A stretch of DNA of 64,000 nt. It comes from Thermodesulfobacteriota bacterium. GTDB lineage: Bacteria > Desulfobacterota > Desulfarculia > JACQYL01. The DNA lies in the NCBI GenBank assembly GCA_963675595.2, contig CAXXLZ010000002.1, positions 2,208,001 to 2,272,000 of the forward strand, read 5' to 3'. The notes beneath the pieces were generated by a model that was given only the letters and a program-made list of their open reading frames with translations, was not told the DNA's origin and ran no database searches. This document shows, piece by piece, positions 59,427 through 64,000 of this stretch. Each line of letters opens with the position of its first letter. Positions within the stretch are counted from its first letter, which is position 1. Made by a program: the position numbers and the translations under genes.

Positions 59427-60365
59427 TCACGAGGCGGGAATACGACCCAAAGCCAGTTCGATCTTTTTCATGCGAGAGCTGTCCATCTTAGGGTACAGAT
59501 CGGTGGCGAATTCACTCCTGATAACTCCACGGCGGGCAAGCAAAGACTTGAGCTCATGCACCCCGTGTGGACGGATCAGATCCAGGAACCGGTGCAGTCG
59601 ATCATAAAGGTTCCAGGCCTCGGAGCGTTCGGCCTCGAAGACGATTTCATCGTTGGACGAAAAAAGCGCCATACGCACCACTGTACACCACTCCCTGGGA
59701 AACAAATTTGAGGAAGGGGCGCAGACCCCGTATCTGCTCGGCGAGGAAAGAAAGGTCATCTCGTCGCCATCGTAGAAACGGAACCCCGAGTCGGAGGAAA
59801 CAGCCTGCCGGTACTGGGAAAAACGCTGAGGCGTTCCCTGGTAGATCATCCCCCGGACCTTGTCCAACCCGGCGATCTGCTGAAGTACCGCGGCCTGTAG
59901 ATTCTTTCTCTTGATGGGACGTCGCCTTTTCTCCACCAGGAAGGGATCGTTGCCGATGAGGAGTTGCAGCGTGGTGTGCGAAAGCAATTTCTCGAGATAC
60001 TGAGGCAGACCCCGATTACTACGATACCATAAAGGATAGTCCACCAGGATCAAGGGATTGCCCACCCGGACGCGGTTCTTTTCCTCCTCGATCCACTGCA
60101 CCAGCGACAGGACTTCGTCCTCGTCGCGTCCTGTGATTCCGAGAAGGAGTGGTATGGGCCGATCAATGACCTTCCACACCTCGGAAATCAGCTCTCGCTT
60201 CAGTTCCCTGGAAAGCGCCGCCCCCTCCCCCCAGGAGGCCTCCCCAACCAAAATCGCATCCACGTGCGGCGCGACGTGGGCGATGAGCTGGTAAAGTCCG
60301 GGAACATCCAACTCATGCTCATTCTTCAGCGGAGTAATGAGGGGCGTAATCAAACCCTTCAACAT
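59427..60365 (-). CDS. DHDPS/NAL-fold protein lacking canonical catalytic residues
   Basis: LKGLITPLITPL..LD, WGEG..LS, DGDE and SNLFP align with DapA, but the Schiff-base Lys position reads RGMIYQ. Confidence 0.8.
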   Translation of the reverse strand: MLKGLITPLITPLKNEHELDVPGLYQLIAHVAPHVDAILVGEASWGEGAALSRELKRELISEVWKVIDRPIPLLLGITGRDEDEVLSLVQWIEEEKNRVRVGNPLILVDYPLWYRSNRGLPQYLEKLLSHTTLQLLIGNDPFLVEKRRRPIKRKNLQAAVLQQIAGLDKVRGMIYQGTPQRFSQYRQAVSSDSGFRFYDGDEMTFLSSPSRYGVCAPSSNLFPREWCTVVRMALFSSNDEIVFEAERSEAWNLYDRLHRFLDLIRPHGVHELKSLLARRGVIRSEFATDLYPKMDSSRMKKIELALGRIPAS

Positions 60366-60406
60366 GGAATATCCGTTCGTTTGTGGTGGTGTTGCGCATC
60401 ATCCGC

Positions 60407-61387
60407 TCAGATGTGAGTGAATCGGAACTCTCCTCTACCCAGAAGATCATGCAGATGCACCATACCTTTGAACCTTCTTTCGGTGTTCCGAATCACCAAG
60501 CAGGTGATCCCCTTTTGTTCCATGAGGTCCAGAGCTTCCAGCGCCTGGACATCCTCATGTACATAGACGGGGTCGGGAGTCATGATATCTTCGACCCGCA
60601 CATTCTGAAAATTCTCCATGCGAAGGACGGCCCTTCTAAGATCGCCGTCCGTAACAATTCCTTGTAGGTCCTCCTGCCGGTCCAAAACCAGGACCACTCC
60701 CAGGTTCAAGCGGTCGATCTCCTTGGCGGCATCCATCAAGGAAACCCCGGACAGGACCGCCGGCATTCGGTCTCCGGAAAGCATGATTTCCTTGACCTGA
60801 ATGGAGAGGCGGCGCCCGAGGGCGCCTCCCGGATGATATTTTCGAAACTCCGTCCTGCTGAATTTCCGCTTGGAGATCAAAGCCACGGAAAGAGCGTCCC
60901 CCATGGCCAACACCGCGGTGGTGCTCGTGGTGGGTGCCAATCCCAGTGGACAGGCCTCTCTGGCCACACCGACATCAATACAGATGTCGCTTGAACACGC
61001 CAGAGTGGAATCCATGTTCCCCACCAAAGCGATGATGCGTACGCCCATGTTCCTCAGGGAGGTGATCATGGCTTTGAGTTCTTCGGTTTCACCGCTGTTG
61101 GAAAGGATCAACGCAATGTCGCGGCTGGAAACCATACCCAGGTCCCCGTGCATGGCCTCCACCGGATGGAGGAAAAGCGCAGGGGTTCCCGTGCTGTTCA
61201 AAGTGGCCATGATCTTACGGCCGATAATGCCCGATTTGCCGATCCCGGACACCACCACGCGCCCTTTGCATGCGTAAACCTCTTCCACGGCTTGAACGAA
61301 GCGATCGTCCAACTTCGGCAGCAGTTCGAGTATGCCTTGCGCTTCCGTCTCCAGGACTTCTCTGGCCTGCTTGATCAGATCGTTCAC
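60407..61387 (-). CDS. kdsD: KpsF/GutQ arabinose-5-phosphate isomerase (SIS plus 2 CBS)
   Basis: SGIGKSG, EAMHGDLG, EACPLGLAPTTS, HPGGALG; GTG overlaps the lgt stop. Confidence 0.95.
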   Translation of the reverse strand: MNDLIKQAREVLETEAQGILELLPKLDDRFVQAVEEVYACKGRVVVSGIGKSGIIGRKIMATLNSTGTPALFLHPVEAMHGDLGMVSSRDIALILSNSGETEELKAMITSLRNMGVRIIALVGNMDSTLACSSDICIDVGVAREACPLGLAPTTSTTAVLAMGDALSVALISKRKFSRTEFRKYHPGGALGRRLSIQVKEIMLSGDRMPAVLSGVSLMDAAKEIDRLNLGVVLVLDRQEDLQGIVTDGDLRRAVLRMENFQNVRVEDIMTPDPVYVHEDVQALEALDLMEQKGITCLVIRNTERRFKGMVHLHDLLGRGEFRFTHI

Positions 61388-62151
61388 CGGGCCCCCCGCC
61401 CTCTTCTGAAAAACAGCCAAAGACCCACCGAAATCACCATCAGGCAGATGCTCACCAGTTGTGTTACGGTAAGTGCTCCGTGAAGCACCTCCCCTCGAAA
61501 ATCGCCTCGAAATCTTTCGATGATCAGCCTGGCCGTTGAGTGAAGAAAAATGTACAAACAAATTACTTGGCCATGCCTGGTTTTGTGCTTTCGGAAAAGC
61601 CAGAGAACTAAGAAGATAAGGAAAAGGCTTGCGGAAGAGTAAAGCTGGGTGGGATGCAGGGGGATTCCCCTTGGGGCCAGTGTGTCCGGGTTATTGAAGG
61701 TCACGGCGCAGAAGGCGTCTGTGGGCTTCCCGTAGCAGCATCCCGCGAAGAAGCATCCTATACGCCCGATGGCCTGCCCTATGGCGATGCCCGGCGCCAC
61801 CAAGTCCGCCGTTTGCCAGGGGTTCATTTTCCATCGTAGGACGAGAAGAAATCCCACGATCAAGGCCCCCACCAAGCCCCCGGAAAAGACCAAGCCTCCT
61901 TCCCAAATCTTGAATATGTCCAACGGAGCGTCGAGATATGCGCGCAGGTTCATCAGCACATAGAGGAGCCTGGAACCCAGAATGGCCGAAATCACCAGAT
62001 AAAAACACAGGTCGAGCATCTTCTGCCCATCGAGCCCCACCCGACGGGCCTCGCGAACCGAAAGAGCCACACCGGCCAGAAATCCGGTGGCGACCAAGAC
62101 CCCATAGGTGTGGATTGCAAACCTGCCGAAGCTGATGAGTTCAGGAAACAT
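61384..62151 (-). CDS. lgt: Prolipoprotein diacylglyceryl transferase
   Basis: IWEGGL..GG, GRIGCFFAGCCYG, HPTQLY, ERFRGD. Confidence 0.96.
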   Translation of the reverse strand: MFPELISFGRFAIHTYGVLVATGFLAGVALSVREARRVGLDGQKMLDLCFYLVISAILGSRLLYVLMNLRAYLDAPLDIFKIWEGGLVFSGGLVGALIVGFLLVLRWKMNPWQTADLVAPGIAIGQAIGRIGCFFAGCCYGKPTDAFCAVTFNNPDTLAPRGIPLHPTQLYSSASLFLIFLVLWLFRKHKTRHGQVICLYIFLHSTARLIIERFRGDFRGEVLHGALTVTQLVSICLMVISVGLWLFFRRGRGAR

Positions 62152-62632
62152 TGGACCGGGTCTTGTCTCTCAAAATTCTGAACAGCAGCGTGAAGGAACC
62201 CACGGTAACCGACGAATCCGCTACGTTGAACGCGGGCCAGTGCAGGCTCCCCCAATAGACATCCAAGAAATCGACTACGTATCCCATCCACAACCGGTCG
62301 ATCAGGTTACCCCAAGCGCCGCCGAATACCAGCGCCAACCCTACGACCCACAGATACTCGCCCGGTCCCAGCCTCTTGAAAAAACGGAGGATAATCCACA
62401 TGGCAAGTATGGAAATCCCGGCGAACAACAGGGTCCGTCCCCACCCGGGCCGACCCGCGAACATGCCGAAAGCCACGCCCGTGTTTCTCACGTAGGTCAG
62501 ATTGAAGAAACCGTCGATGACCGGGACGGACTGGTGCAGCGCCATTTCCGCCCGTACCCAGGCTTTGGTGGCCTGGTCCAGAAGAATGACGCAGAACACG
62601 GAGCCCCAGAAGATGAGGTTTTTTATGAGCAC
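62141..62632 (-). CDS. lspA: Lipoprotein signal peptidase II
   Basis: LDQATK, NTGVAFG, GNLIDR, VVDF, FNVAD. Confidence 0.96.
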   Translation of the reverse strand: MLIKNLIFWGSVFCVILLDQATKAWVRAEMALHQSVPVIDGFFNLTYVRNTGVAFGMFAGRPGWGRTLLFAGISILAMWIILRFFKRLGPGEYLWVVGLALVFGGAWGNLIDRLWMGYVVDFLDVYWGSLHWPAFNVADSSVTVGSFTLLFRILRDKTRSNVS

Positions 62633-62650
62633 CAGTTTCCTCGCCGGCGA

Positions 62651-64000
62651 TTAGTCGGGCTGAACGCCCAGTTCCGCGAGTTGGGCGCCGCACATCCCAC
62701 AGACTTCGGGAAATCGTGCGTCTCCACCGATATCCTTTTTCCGTTTCCAGCACCGAGGGCATTTCTCCCCCGCCGATGCCTCGATATGGATGGCCAGCCC
62801 CTCGAACAGCTCACTGCGGAAGGCTTCGGCCGGCGCGTCACCCGTTCCCACTTCCAATTCGGAGACAATGGCCGCGGTCCGGAGATTGTCCAGTTGCCCG
62901 ACCACGAAATCACGCAGATTTTCCGGGGGAAACAGGATAACCCGAGCGTCCAGCGGATGTCCCACCACCTTGGACTTGCGTGCGGGTTCAATGGCGCGGG
63001 TGATCTCGTTCCTGAGGTTGAGTATCCGCTCCCACCTTTCTTCCAGTCCCGGATCCATCTTGGAGTCGTCCGGTACGGGGAACACGGCCATGTGCACCCC
63101 GGCCTCCCGATCCCGTGCTTGCGGCATGTATCCCCAAATCTCGTCGGCCGTGAAGGAAAGAATGGGCGCCATCAGGCGCACCAGGGCGTCCAAAATCTCG
63201 TACATGGCCGTTTGTGCCGCACGCCTCGACGGTGAGGCCGGAGGCGAAGTGTAGATTCGATCCTTGAGACCATCCAGGTAGAAAGCACTCATCTCCACAA
63301 CACAGAAACCGTGCACCGCGTGGTAGACCTTGTGATAGTCGAACGCGTCGTAGTCCCGACGTACACGCGCCGTCAGCTTGTGCAGCTTCAAGAGTGCGAA
63401 GCGGTCCACTTCCTCCAAGTCCGCGTACGGTACGGTATGCTCCAGGGGATCGAAATCATGCAGATTTCCCAAGAGAAACCGCCAAGTGTTTCGGATGCGT
63501 CGATACGATTCGGTCAAACGCTGGAGAATCTCTTCGGACAGTCGGATGTCGTCCCGATAGTCCTCGGCGGAAACCCAAAGACGAAGAATCTCCGCCCCGT
63601 ATTTCTTGATCACTTGTTCGGGAGCCACCACATTGCCCATGGACTTGGACATCTTCCTGCCATCGCCGTCCACCACGAAACCGTGAGTAAGCACGGTCCT
63701 GTACGGGGCGCCGCCGCGGTTCGCCATGGACACCAGCAGAGAGCTGTGAAACCAGCCGCGATGCTGGTCGCTTCCCTCAAGGTACATCTCCGCCGGGTAT
63801 CCTAAATAGTCCCGGTCTTCCAGTACCGCAGCCCAGCTCGTCCCGGAGTCGAACCAAACGTCCAGAATGTCCGTCTCCTTCTTGATTTCCCCGCTCCCGC
63901 ACTTGGAGCAGCGGGTGTTGGGCGGCACCAGTTCCGAAACCGATCGTTCGAACCACACATCCGCCGAGTGTTCCTCCACCAGGGAAACCACATGATCCAG
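62651..64000 (-). CDS. ileS: Isoleucyl-tRNA synthetase (3' part)
   Basis: DVWFDSG, EGSDQHRGWF, KMSKS, C-terminal CPRCW..CGMC zinc finger. Confidence 0.98.
   Translation of the reverse strand: MDHVVSLVEEHSADVWFERSVSELVPPNTRCSKCGSGEIKKETDILDVWFDSGTSWAAVLEDRDYLGYPAEMYLEGSDQHRGWFHSSLLVSMANRGGAPYRTVLTHGFVVDGDGRKMSKSMGNVVAPEQVIKKYGAEILRLWVSAEDYRDDIRLSEEILQRLTESYRRIRNTWRFLLGNLHDFDPLEHTVPYADLEEVDRFALLKLHKLTARVRRDYDAFDYHKVYHAVHGFCVVEMSAFYLDGLKDRIYTSPPASPSRRAAQTAMYEILDALVRLMAPILSFTADEIWGYMPQARDREAGVHMAVFPVPDDSKMDPGLEERWERILNLRNEITRAIEPARKSKVVGHPLDARVILFPPENLRDFVVGQLDNLRTAAIVSELEVGTGDAPAEAFRSELFEGLAIHIEASAGEKCPRCWKRKKDIGGDARFPEVCGMCGAQLAELGVQPD

Overview
Bacterial chromosome window, probably from a Deltaproteobacteria/Desulfobacterota-like host (inferred from gene families). 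Bases 1-36.3k form a decaying, IS-riddled accessory island whose cargo genes all lie on the minus strand. It holds a CheB-CheR-PAS fusion, a PAS-sigma54 activator and two paralogous sigma54 promoter modules with tandem GGTCA-N4-TGACC palindromes. Each module is followed by a dead khpA gene and a stress/envelope gene string: (A) ABM monooxygenase, hflK, hflC, B12 radical SAM, DUF2254, ftsH, glucan phosphorylase, PAS; (B) lmo0937-like, csbD, BON, repeat lipoprotein, DUF3185, NdvB-like glucan enzyme. Bases 37-58k (plus strand) encode an IPTL-CTERM surface protein, a binding protein/hybrid kinase/CheR/CheB/hybrid kinase cluster, and Lon-like protease-dnaJ-cbpM-like genes. Bases 58-64k (minus strand) are the ileS-lspA-lgt-kdsD operon, ending in a DHDPS-fold gene lacking its catalytic residues and an SPL-like radical SAM gene. 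I saw no rRNA, tRNA or CRISPR array. All family calls come from motif recognition by eye, not from database searches.
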